Shown in pieces: positions 10,807 to 22,500 of a DNA stretch of 64,000 nt; within the stretch, counting starts at the first letter, position 1; every line of letters starts with the position of its first letter. The notes beneath the pieces were generated by a model. The model made no database searches. It saw only the letters and a program-made list of their open reading frames with translations, and was not told where the DNA came from. A program made the translations under genes and the position numbers. This stretch comes from Saccostrea cucullata. Lineage: Eukaryota. The DNA is taken from positions 62,001-126,000 of the forward strand of contig NW_026930434.1 of assembly GCF_032062105.1 (NCBI RefSeq), written 5' to 3'.

Positions 10807-13736
10807 ATGGTGCGAGCGTGGTACATGGACGAGGCGGAGGATGACCAGAGGAAACCCCACATGACGGACCCCCCACAGTTTGTCAGCATGGACCAGCTGA
10901 AGGATTTGGGGGTCTTGTACTTCGAGGTAAAATAAAAAAAAGAAGACGACTGCATGGCTAGTTTGGTGATAATCGTAATTTAGTAAATTAATAATTAATT
11001 ACACAATGACTGCTACATTTTTGTTTAGCTATACATAGTTTTAAAACCAAGTAAATATTAATAATTAAAGGGAGGGGTTCAACTCACACTCTTCCACAAA
11101 TTAACACATTTCCAGAAACCTGCATGGTGACAACCCCATAAAACATTTTCTCTGAAAACCTACACACAGCAGACAAACTGAATGCATGACATTGTGACAA
11201 GGATGTGTGTTTTTATAACTTTTGATCAAGGGTCTATTGCTAGGTATACTCTTTGGGCGGGGGGTTAAATATATTGCAACAGGCGGGAATGATTGTTGTC
11301 CAGACTGGGACTTGAACCTGCGACCTCCTGCTAACCATGGGGGTACTCTAACCACTGAGTTACCCAATCCTGTTACACTCACCTCCACCCCCACCCCCCA
11401 CCCCACATTTTTTTTGAGGAAATTGACAAACCAAGGTTAAAATACATGGAAAATTAGTGACGAGGGCCTCCAACACTATTGATATATCCATGGTATTTGA
11501 GATGTCAATGTGTAAAGATCAACTGTATAATTAAAATGATTGATATCAATCTCTCATAGTCTTCATTAACAAGAAACCATCAAACAATAAGGTTTCTTTA
11601 AAAAGAAAGGTGCACTTGATTTCTTGTTTAGAGAGTTACAGTCACAGGAAAAGCCTTTTTACTTGGATTTCCCATAATACTGCACAAATGAACTTCGTTT
11701 ATGCAGCATTATTGGAAGGCCAGAGAAACAAGCTATCACAGGTGTATAATATTAAGCTGGTTATATGTTTGAGAACTCATGATACCCATATATCATCAAA
11801 GTCCATGGGCCTCTTGCTAAGAAATTAAACTTTGATATTGTAAATCTTTTTCACAAAATAAATTTGAGCATTTTTTTTATTTATCAGATAAGTTCAGATC
11901 CTGCCAAAGCTGAGAAGGAAGTGAACAAGCTTCGAAGTGACCGTGGCTACACTTATAAAGACATGATTACATGCAGCAGGGAAAAACTCCCAAACTATGA
12001 GGAAAAGGTGAGATAATTGAATATGCATTCAAATTTGGTGTACTTAGAGCTACTCCCTGTCTCACTCCCTAGTTTTATTATCTGGGCAAGAAGGTAAGGG
12101 ACACATGGTTGACTGTAGAGAACTAGAATGTCAGGACAAGAAAGCAAAGATAAGGGGACTAAATCATATGGGTGTTGATAATCTTGGCTCTCTTTACATG
12201 GCAACTTTTCTCTTTGCTCTCTTCAGACTGCTGTCTGTGTTGAATTCTCACTTACCTTAATATTTTTGTATCCTTTATTGGTTGCCACCTTCTTTTCTCA
12301 AGCAGAAATTGTGATGGAACAAGAACATATGATAAATACCATGACTTTTTGTTTGGCATCTGAATAAAACTATTTAGTAAATGATACACTTTTGAAAAGT
12401 TCCAGCTGATGATTCATTTAATTGCTTTGGCTTTGGTCAGTAAGATACAGGTTTGAATTGTAGCTGAAGATATTTTTTGAGGAGCACCTCCACACAGATG
12501 AGGAAATACGCTACATTACAGAAGGTAGTGGCTACTTTGATGTCAGAGATAAAAACAACAAGTGGATCAGAATTGAAGTCCTCCCAAATGATCTGATCAT
12601 TCTCCCAGCAGGCATCTACCACAGGTTTACACTGGACGAACAGGTGAGATAGCAAATGTTTGGTTATACTCATCTCCTTCCACAGCAACCCCCCCCCCCC
12701 AAAAAAATAAATAAAACATAGGTAATCAAAGACAAGAAAACTCACCTTGACAAATGGTGTCCCTAAATAAGGCTAATCTCACACCAAAATTTGTTCTTGA
12801 GCATCACAAGATCAAATTCCATGCAAAACTTAAACATGTTTACTTATCCAGAAAATGTAGGTCAGATCCAATATCTGAAGCAAGTCTTTTAGTGTCTACT
12901 TCTAGCTGAATCATTAATGCAAGTTTGATCATAACAGGCATTTCGTTATAGAGCTATTCTAAAATATTGCTCTGGTCACTCATCTAGAAAAATGTTGATC
13001 AGATGTGTTAGTGTCCATCAATCATGAATGTTTGGCCCAGATATGGCTTATAGTTACATTAGAAAGAACCTGCTCCCAAAACTTTAACCTGGTCACTCAT
13101 CTGGGAAATATAAATCAGTCAGATCAAGCATCTGAAGCAGGTTGGTTATTGTTCATTCCTGGATGCACCATCCTTGCATTGAAGTTTGGTTCAGGTAGGG
13201 CTTATAATTACTTAGGAATGGACCTGTTCCCAAAACTTAACCTGGTCACATCTAGAAAATGTAGGTCAGATTCTGGTATTGTCCATCTCTAGATGCATTA
13301 TTTTAATCAGTAGGGGACATTAAAAAGATAGAAGGGGTTTGGGGTTCCTCCCTTAATAACGGGGGGATTAAGTCATTATATTTCCCAGATCTTGGGTCTT
13401 AGGGACAACCCTATGAATATACTGTAAGTGTATATGTATGTTTTCTCAAAAAGTAACAGATTTGCATTGTTGTGTGTGAATTATGTTGTCAATATTTCCA
13501 TTGCTTGGTTTAAACACTTAATTTTAGGTAATAATTAACACCAATGCTATCAATTTACATGTTTTATTTGTAGTTTATCTTTCCTTAATCAATGCATATA
13601 TATTTGTGAATTGTAGAACTATATCCAGGCTCATCGATTTTTTGTTGGAGAGCCAGTATGGACACCACACAACAGGCCCGCTGATGACATGGAAGCTCGT
13701 AAAACGTATCTGCAAAAATTCAATGTGGCCGCTTAA
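10807..13736 (+). CDS. ADI1: Acireductone dioxygenase (ARD/MtnD), 179 aa; exons 10807-10926, 11888-12007, 12464-12643, 13617-13736
   Basis: MVRAWYMD start; cupin metal ligands in [14 protein letters not shown] and [12 protein letters not shown]; [13 protein letters not shown]; four phase-0 GT-AG exons of 120/120/180/120 nt. Confidence 0.96.
11277..11366 (-). mobile_element. tRNA-derived SINE head or tRNA pseudogene in ADI1 intron 1
   Basis: Minus strand reads GGTAACTCAGTGGTTAGAGTACC...GGTCGCAGGTTCAAGTCCCAGTCTGG with A-box and B-box; stems are degenerate. Confidence 0.6.
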
Positions 13737-13858
13737 AAAAAGTTATAAATAAAAGTTCAAAGTTATAAAAACCATGCTTTGACATATTTATTTGTTTGAA
13801 CAGAAAGTGTGTTTCTTTGTATTACTTCGGTATGCAGTAGGAATATAGTTACTAATAA

Positions 13859-14296
13859 GGCCATAATAAATAAATTGCTAGATTCTCATCCGAATTTTTT
13901 TTAAAAATCGAGGCGGGCGGGCGGCTTTTATTTTATATTTTTGCAATTTTGCAGATTTTTTATAGACCTGGTCAATCGGTGTAATTTTATCTACAATACC
14001 CAAATAAAAGTCATAGTAAAGGTTCAATTATCTCTTACTTCACATCATCACCAATCTTTTTTCAACCATTAACCCTTGTTTAAAATATATAAGGCATGTA
14101 TTACAGCAATTACAATCTTTTCAGCTGTCAAAATCATGTCGACTTTCGCGGGATTTAAAACGAAAGTAGAATGGTAGATGAATACCGATCCCGATCAGAA
14201 TTAAGACGAAGAAAAACAGAAATTAAAAAAATCGAGGTGGGGGTATAAAATCGGGGCGGGCGGGGATGAGAATCTCGGAATATTTTTATTATGGCC
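13859..14296. mobile_element. MITE, possibly PIF/Harbinger-like, just downstream of ADI1
   Basis: ~33-bp imperfect TIR GGCCATAATAAATAAATTGCTAGATTCTCATCC / GGATGAGAATCTCGGAATATTTTTATTATGGCC; flanks TAA / CAA. Confidence 0.7.
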
Positions 14297-15401
14297 CAAT
14301 GTCGAAAAACTGGATATACCATAACCATACTAATACATGTGTATTGCAATGATACTATTAGAATTTGAGAAAAAAATGTGCAATTGAGTTCATTGCAGAT
14401 GTATTTACCAATTTATTTTATGCATATTTTTAAACCTTTGATTTGCTTACCAATTTGCTGATATTAGTTTTAAAATATTTCATTAGTGGAAATGAATTGG
14501 ATAGGGCATCAAGCTTTGATATTTTGTAAACATTAAGTGCCATAAAACTGTGCATGGCATGACCATGACATGTTTGGACATATGAAATTGATAAATATTT
14601 ATAATATGCATATTGTTTATGAAAGTGCAGTCCAAATTTGTATATGCAGTGCTGATTCAGAAATACATTATATATTATTGTAAGTCCAATTTCCATAGAC
14701 TTATTTGGTGCAATATGTTTTATTTGGAATGTAATGCATAAAACTAGTTCGTTTTTTGTTTTTCTAAGCTTTTAAAGATATCTTTTTGCCACAAAAAATG
14801 GGTATAATCTGCTGGGATATTATATTAAGTGATTTTCAGAATACATGTATATTTTAATTATTTCAACATCTGTAACTAAATGGAAATACAAAATGCCAAA
14901 AAATGGTTTGTTTTTTTTTTGCTTTTGAGCTAGCATGATAGAATTTTAAGCACCATACAGTAGTGTGTTGTGGCATTTAAAATGCTTGCTTATAACACCT
15001 TTACAATATTTCACCAAAGAAGATCATTTTCTGATCACAAAAGGAAAGGAAAATGCACAATGTAAACCGAGAAGATTGAAAAGTAAAACATTCACAAAAT
15101 ATAAGTCCTGCACTTGAAACATTTAAATATCCTTCGCATAACGATTATTACTTTAATACTAAACTTACGATAGCACATAGATGTACCATATAACTTATGA
15201 TATGTTACATGCTATTGGAAGTTGATTATAGTCTTTACGAGGAGGAAATGGGGACGAGGATATTCAGAAAGGTATTAAACATTACTTTATAGTCATTATT
15301 GTATGCATGTGTAACAAGAGTTCAAAGAGGTTGCTGTATGTGTTGTATATAGTGAGGCCACACTCCTACTAGCTATAATTAAGCACTATCTAGTGGTTAA
15401 T

Positions 15402-15457
15402 CCTTTAGCTCGGTTGGTAGAGAGTTGGATTTTAAATCTGAGGGTTGTAGGTTCCAT
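15402..15457 (+). pseudogene. tRNA-Lys-like pseudogene or SINE head, truncated by a mini-MITE
   Basis: TAGCTCGGTTGGTAGAGAGTTGGATTTTAAATCTGAGGGTTGTAGGTTC resembles tRNA-Lys(UUU); the 3' acceptor stem is missing. Confidence 0.55.
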
Positions 15458-15713
15458 CAGGGACCTATATACTATTATATAATAGGGACTTATAGTATAT
15501 AATTTTAAGTCCCTGGTCGAGAATAGTGAGAAAATGGTCACCCAATCACACCAGTATTACAAACATTACAATATCGGTCATATATTGTGAAATATATGAA
15601 CTGTCTATTGGAAGTTTATGTGCTTGCAATACAATAGAATATATTTGAGTCAATGAATAGAATACTGTAGATGCGCTGTAGGCACCTACATACACAAAGT
15701 ATATCCCTCAAAA

Positions 15714-15910
15714 GATTGATTGATTGTATATTGTTTAACGTCCCTCTCCAGAATATTTCACTGATATGGAGACATCACCATTGCCGGTGAAGGGCTGCAA
15801 ATTTAGGCCTATGCTCGGCACTTAGGGCCATTGAGCACTCTAGGGATGAATTTTAAGTGAAAATATCAACATTTGAAATATCGTGCCACACCTGCTGTGA
15901 ACACGGGGCA
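15714..15910 (-). mobile_element. SINE fragment with (AATC)n tail
   Basis: GATTGATTGATTG tail followed by GTTTAACGTCCCTCTC...CACCATTGCCGGTGAAGGGCTGCAAATTTAGGCCTATGCTCGGC...GTGCCACACCTGCTGTG, recalled as a common oyster SINE body. Confidence 0.65.
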
Positions 15911-16560
15911 TCAAAGAGTTTTTCTAAAAGTTTACATGGGTTATCAAATCCAATAATTCTTTTCATTTTAAAACAGGCCTTTTCAATAAGCACAGCTGTT
16001 GCTAAAGTCGCCTTTTACGACATAAAGCTAAAAGGGGGTATCTTGAGGTACAATTTGTATTGCATTACCATTAAAACTAAATTCATTTCAACGAGGCTCC
16101 CATAATGTGTCAAAAGAAGTGAAAGGAAGCTAAACTCAAAAGAGCGCAAAAAAAGTAAAATGTTTAACTTGGGCAAAAACATTAGAACTTTACATCTGTA
16201 GAAAATTATATGTACATTCAACAACAAAATTATCGCCTAAATAGGTAACATTTAACATCTCTCAAAATAAAACACGACCATATAGTACTTGAAAAGCATA
16301 GGTTACTATTCAATCATGAATTGAAACGAAAAGCCGTGGACTGAAATGATATGGACACATATTTTTAGGAAACCGGAAGACCGCTTAAAGTCTTAACAAA
16401 AATATAAGAAGTTTGGAGTATTGTAATGATATCTCTCTTGAGCTCTCTCTTTATTGTAATAAATTCAATACTTTATTGTGGGTATATTTTTTATAACAGA
16501 TAGTCAACTTAATTCTATTTATTCATATAAGTATTTAATTCTATGATATAAGCGAACAAG

Positions 16561-19500
16561 ATGGCCGAAGGAGATGAAGGAGGTTGTCATTTGACTCTGA
16601 TTTGATAATTTATTGACACCTGCAGCCTAAAATGACGTTTATTTTTTTATTTTCCAAAACAATTTTTGTTTATAAATTTATTTACTAAAGTTTCTCCTTT
16701 ATTTAGTTTTGTGATTATCATAACAATTTCAACATAACCTGATATAAACACGTCATTTTAAACAGGGCTGTCATAATTTCAGGGTATATGATCAGGGACC
16801 TATATACTTAATAAAATATATGTCCCTGATATGATGTGTGTTTTTGCAACAAATGCACATCGATTACCTCCTCTTTTTAAAAATGAAATAATGAAATCAT
16901 GCAAAACCAGATTTATGCCTAAGAAGGTGGAAAATTTGAATATTTTAGCTGATTATTTAAATTCAGAAGTCTGTTCTTTGCATTCCTTCTTAGCTGCTTC
17001 ATAAAGCACTTTCAGATCTAGTTTACTAATTGACATCACCATAAAGCTTTAGCATTATTAAACTTTGATGGAACGAATTATAAGCATCAGTTTAAAAGAA
17101 TCAGGGTAAATATAGATAAAATGTTCTATCGTTAAAATGATATACATGTATGTCCTACATACCCGGTTTAACGATAGAATTCGTTCCGTGTATTCACTAT
17201 GTAGCAAAATAAACATGAGCGATAACTCGAACCAGAGACCTATATACTAATGGGATAGGCAACTCCTTCATGGCCATGTTTATTTACCCAAAACATCGAG
17301 CACCACACTACAAGTTTTTCAAACTACTTTTATTCTCAGTTAAAATCCTGTTTTCTGATTAATGTTATTTATTCCTTTTATGTATTGGAATGGATTTTTA
17401 ATATTTATTTAAAGCATAAATTATAATTTAAATATAAAGCAAACAAACACCAGAATTAGCGATTCCTCAGAAATATGGCTGATCAGGGGCATGTGGTGAT
17501 TTTGAATAAAACGAAATAACAACTAAGATTAGGAGTATAATCAGTCCTAAAAACAAATCTGGAATGATTTTAAATTTTTGGTAGATATTATAATTAAAGG
17601 TTTTGATCTGAAATATCTCATAGTATAAGTGATATAATTAGTTAAAGCTGACTTACTAAATTCAACGACTTACGAGATATCGCGAGAGATGTCTATTTCG
17701 ATAGTATAATTAGGTCCCTATTTCGCTAGTATATAGGTCCCTGCTCAAACTCAGTGCATTTACTAAGAACAATCCAGAGATGTCCGAATGCAAACATAAC
17801 ACGTAAATTTGAAGCAAGAAAAAACGTTGAGAAAATTAGTTGAATTTCCGCCTTATTTAGATTATATTTTAGGTTAAAGAAATATGCAACCTGAAAAAGG
17901 TTTGTTATTTTTAATTTTGAAATTATTTCCAGTGCAAATCCTTGTGTAATATTCTTCAAATTCGTTTCGGAGCAATTCTGCAATTTTTTGCTACATTGCA
18001 AGTATATGAGTATTCTAACTGTGGTGAGGGCTTGTCCCAAGACACAGTTAGATTATTTTAACTTGAGTAAAATTTTAAAAAGAGCCGTGAGATGCAAGAT
18101 TTGTATAAACAAACTCAGAAAAGTATTATTTAATTATTTTTGTTTTTTAATTGCTATATGCTGTAAACCAACTTTTATTCGCGTGCAAGAAATATTCGCA
18201 AGTTTCACGATCTTCTTTAAGTCGCAAATATTAATTGCCCCGCACAATTTATTTTCCTTTGTTTTTGTAGGAAATGCTTCTTCAGTCATGAAAATTAATT
18301 GTCGCGGATTGATTTTAAACTGACGAATCGCGAATAAAACATGACGCGAATAATTGTTGGTTTACAATATAATATCCTAAAATTTTATTTCATTCATGAA
18401 CTTATTTGATATATTTGTTTGCTCTCAATTAAAACGAAAATGTGTACATGAAAATTAACTATGTTGTACTTTAAATTTATTTATGATATACCAGGTATAT
18501 GTCTTACATTGTTAAATTCAGATATAAATAATGATGGCAGTCGAAAAAAGCGACATGGAATGCTTAAAATGTACTACGGGATGGAGGAAGGCACTCCTGG
18601 ATCCCCCACTATAGATCCCTGTGATATCAATGGAGCACATTTCAACCCAGACATGTATCTCTCCAAGCTAATAAAAGAGAAATCTCTGACAGAGTTAATG
18701 GATGAGGAGGCAAAAACAGTCACTCAGATCAGAGCACTGGACAGTGATATGCAAACTCTGGTGTATGAAAACTACAACAAATTCATCAGTGCCACAGACA
18801 CAATCAGAAAAGTAATTTCTGGTTTTATATTTATAATACAGTTGAACCTTGGTCTTGCAAATGTCTATATATCTAAATCTTTATGTGAAATTCTACATGT
18901 ATATTCATAGTACAGTACCAGCCACTTTTTCTTTCTGTATTTTTTTCCCAATGTCTCAAATTTCAAAAAACTGTCAAATCTTGAAGCAGTTCTTTCATTG
19001 ATCCCATCAAGTTCAAAACAATAAGGATTGACTGTTTTTTTCAATGTCAGAGAACATCACTCAGGCTTTTCCATCAAGTTGAACTGACTGAAAAGGCCAA
19101 GTGATGTTTCGGTTGACTGTATTTTATCTCTTATATTAAATCTGTTGAAAATTGTAAGATGCATTTCTCATTTCAAACTTGACAGATGAAAAATGATTTT
19201 AAGAAAATGGAGGATGAAATGGACCATTTGGCAACCAATATGTCGACAATTACAGAATTCAGTGGGAACATTAGTAACACTCTTCAGGACAGAAGACAGG
19301 AAATTACTAAACTATCAGGAGTTCACTCCCTTCTCAAGAGAGTAGGTTTTTCTGTGTGTTGTCATATCCAATATGAATATTGATCAAGATTTTGCAAATT
19401 TACCATAATAAGCAGTGTGAAAAATTACCATCAGTTTTTAAATCTAAAGGAATAAATTGCTACCCCGAATTATTGATAATATTGAATATGTTTTAGAACA

Positions 19501-22500
19501 ATTATTAGTTTATTACTCTAGTTCTGCACATAGATTTTTGACACGAGGTGATTTCACATAAAAAGTACAAGACTGTATTTTAATTCTGCAACTTATTCAT
19601 TATAAAAAAAAAATATTTAAAGCTATGATTATCTAATGTTATGCAAAACATTTACAATTCAGTATTTGTCTTTCAGCTTCAATTTCTGTTTGAGCTTCCT
19701 AAGAGATTAAACAAGTGCATTGAAATGAACGCTTACAGTCAAGCTGTCAGGTACGTAACACATTCTGCAAAAGTTCACCATCGGCATCATAGTCACTGAA
19801 ATTGTCTGTTTTCTTTTTGTAATGCATGAAATGTATATGCTTTTCATACTCTTAAACAAAAATAATTAACCCCAAGGGCTCAGTTTGTTATAAATGTATT
19901 AGCAATAAGGTTGTTGAATGTTAAATGAATTACTATTTATCTGCTACAAATGTAAATTTCATTATTTATTCCAAACTGCTTTGTGGAGTTAAGCACATTT
20001 TCACAAATCCCCACACATAGGCCCATTTACAAGCCTGTAGATTAATAACATTATTCTCGCAAAGAAATTTATGTAGACATTCATGTACCTGTATATTTTC
20101 CCAGAAAATTATATTCTGAATACATTGTATGATTACTGCATTAACAAGTTCTGTATATTTTCATCATCAGATACTACAGTAAAGCCAAAAGAATCCTGCA
20201 GCGGTACCAGCACATTGCCAGTTTCCAGGGAATCAACCAGGACTGTCACCAGATCATCCAACACCTGTGTCAGATCCTCAGGCAGCAGTTCAAGGATAAA
20301 GAGGTAACATACACAAACACTGTTAACTGATTTGTATAATGTATTCATAAATAATATTATGTTAAAAAGCAAATGTTAAATTCTAGTGTAATGTTTCAAG
20401 TCTAATTATTATGAAGCAACAGCTTCATTCATGACTATGTATGAGATTAATTCAATATGAGCAAAACTGAACCCTAATTAGAGTTCTGAAACAAATACAA
20501 TGTATTGATTAATGTTACAAATTTTAGAACTACTTGTATTACACAAGCACTTGTTTTGGTAATAAATTTTAATCCATAGTATAATAATAACATTATGTTA
20601 TTATTATACTATGGGTTACAAATTTATTACCGAAACAAGTGCCTGTGTTGTATTAATAGAAAGTTGAATGATTTGTTTACATGTATAGTCTACACCCAAA
20701 CAACTGGCTGAGTGTGTGGACCTCTTACTACAGTTAAATGAACCAGCGGAAGGCTTGTGTGAGGAATTCCTATCACAGTGAGTACAAACAATCTGTCTTT
20801 TTGATAGAACAAAAAGAAAGCCATTATTTCTTTACAACATCTTTAATGTTGGGTCTTGATTATGTTGATAGTGCTCGACAGAAGATAGAAGTTGATTTGT
20901 CGTTGTTGGACCGACAGATTCGGCTACAGATGGGGGAGGATATGAAGGAGGAGATGGATTCCCCTGCAGAGGCTTACCTAGCCACACCCATGGTAGATCT
21001 TAACTTCACCATCTGCCGCCTAAAATGTTTGATTAAAGATTTTAATTTGATTAACTATATGTACATGTAGTTGAGGATAGTGATGCCCCCCCCCCCCAAT
21101 ACTTGGATGCATATACATGTATAGATAATGTGTACATATGTTAATAACATACATGCAATGCATGTATTTTGATATTTAATAGGAATAAGTAAGATCTTCA
21201 TATATTTGATAAAAAAAAAAAATTAAAGACATATGCTTTAAACAAACTTTACATGTGTATCACTGGTATTTTGAAAGTAAATACAAATTAATCTATCTGA
21301 AATTATGAGTAAAAATCACTGTACAAATATCCCTGCGACAAAATCAGATGAAAATACATGTACATGCTGTAAATTACTTTCTTTTCGCGAGAACTTTAAT
21401 GTGCTTGTGAAAATATAATTCCTGTGTAGATTAGTATTGCTACATGGAATATACATGTATATTGTATATAGACTAGTGAGCACAATGTCTGAAAATATTG
21501 TTTCACTAATGAAGATTAAATGTCTATCTGGAGAAAATAAGGTGTCATTAAAATTCAGTGAATGCTGTAGATGAGGTGAATTTTATTCTGAACATAAACT
21601 CTTTTTATCTTTAACATGATATTTTTCAGGATGTTTTGGAATTTGTGGACAATGGATGTAATGGCTTTCTGAGTAACATCTGTCTTGTGATTGCCTCATA
21701 TAATGACATGTTTCTAAACAGGCTTCAAGAAGAGTGAGTTGGATTATATATGTTGCATTTACTTAAAAATTTATTTCTGTAACTTTTGTAAGAGAACATC
21801 AAATTCTTTATCTTGATTTGTATATTGAAATTTTTTGGTAAATATTGAAACAAAATGTCTGAAAATTTATTTTACAGTGAGAATTTAGATGCCATAGCAC
21901 TAAAGAAGTTGGTGAATTTTGTCAATGATTTAATGGAGAGATATTTTTCCTATGTCCAAAGACGTATCCAACTTGAGGTATTTTCTTCTTCAGATGAAAT
22001 AGATTCACAGAGACCAAAAGAATTTCGTTATTTTAAATATGAAATTGTTGTTTTTCTACAGTAAAACTCGTTTAGTACGAACATAGATACAGTCAATTCT
22101 CGAATTATCGCCATTCGATTCATTGCCATTTTCGCAATACCGCCATGATTTCCCAAGAACGTTTTTCCTGCTATATAAAATTCTCTTTATAACGCCAAAT
22201 TCGCATATCGCCATCCGCCACCCTGTTTTCACAACAAACGTCCATTTTTAAGTGTCGATATACCGCCACAGGTGCATGTGGTCAGTGAAGCGCGGCTAAT
22301 TGGTTGACACTATCCCTGTTGTAAAGCATGCAAACCCAGCAAGATACATGCAATTAAATAATTAAATAAGATTTAAATAAAGTATAATTTTAACATGAAC
22401 TGTTATAATAACTTTGTATTCCGTTTAATAAAAATCATTTAGTCACGGCTTCGACACTGTGGCGAAAGTGGTCTTTATCAAAGTACACTGATATAACGAT

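Noticed and set aside
12437-12745. 102-aa minus-strand ORF (likewise 25518-25835, 48067-48363, 52087-52503)
   Set aside because: Antisense to confirmed exons of ADI1, VPS51, ZDHHC22 and the GPCR.
15402-15457. Functional tRNA-Lys gene
   Set aside because: Stems are mismatched and the 3' half is replaced by a mini-MITE; pseudogene or SINE head.
17670-17690. TATCGCGAGA motif as the VPS51 promoter
   Set aside because: Imperfect and located inside the 17233-17743 MITE; the better-supported first exon is at 16561.
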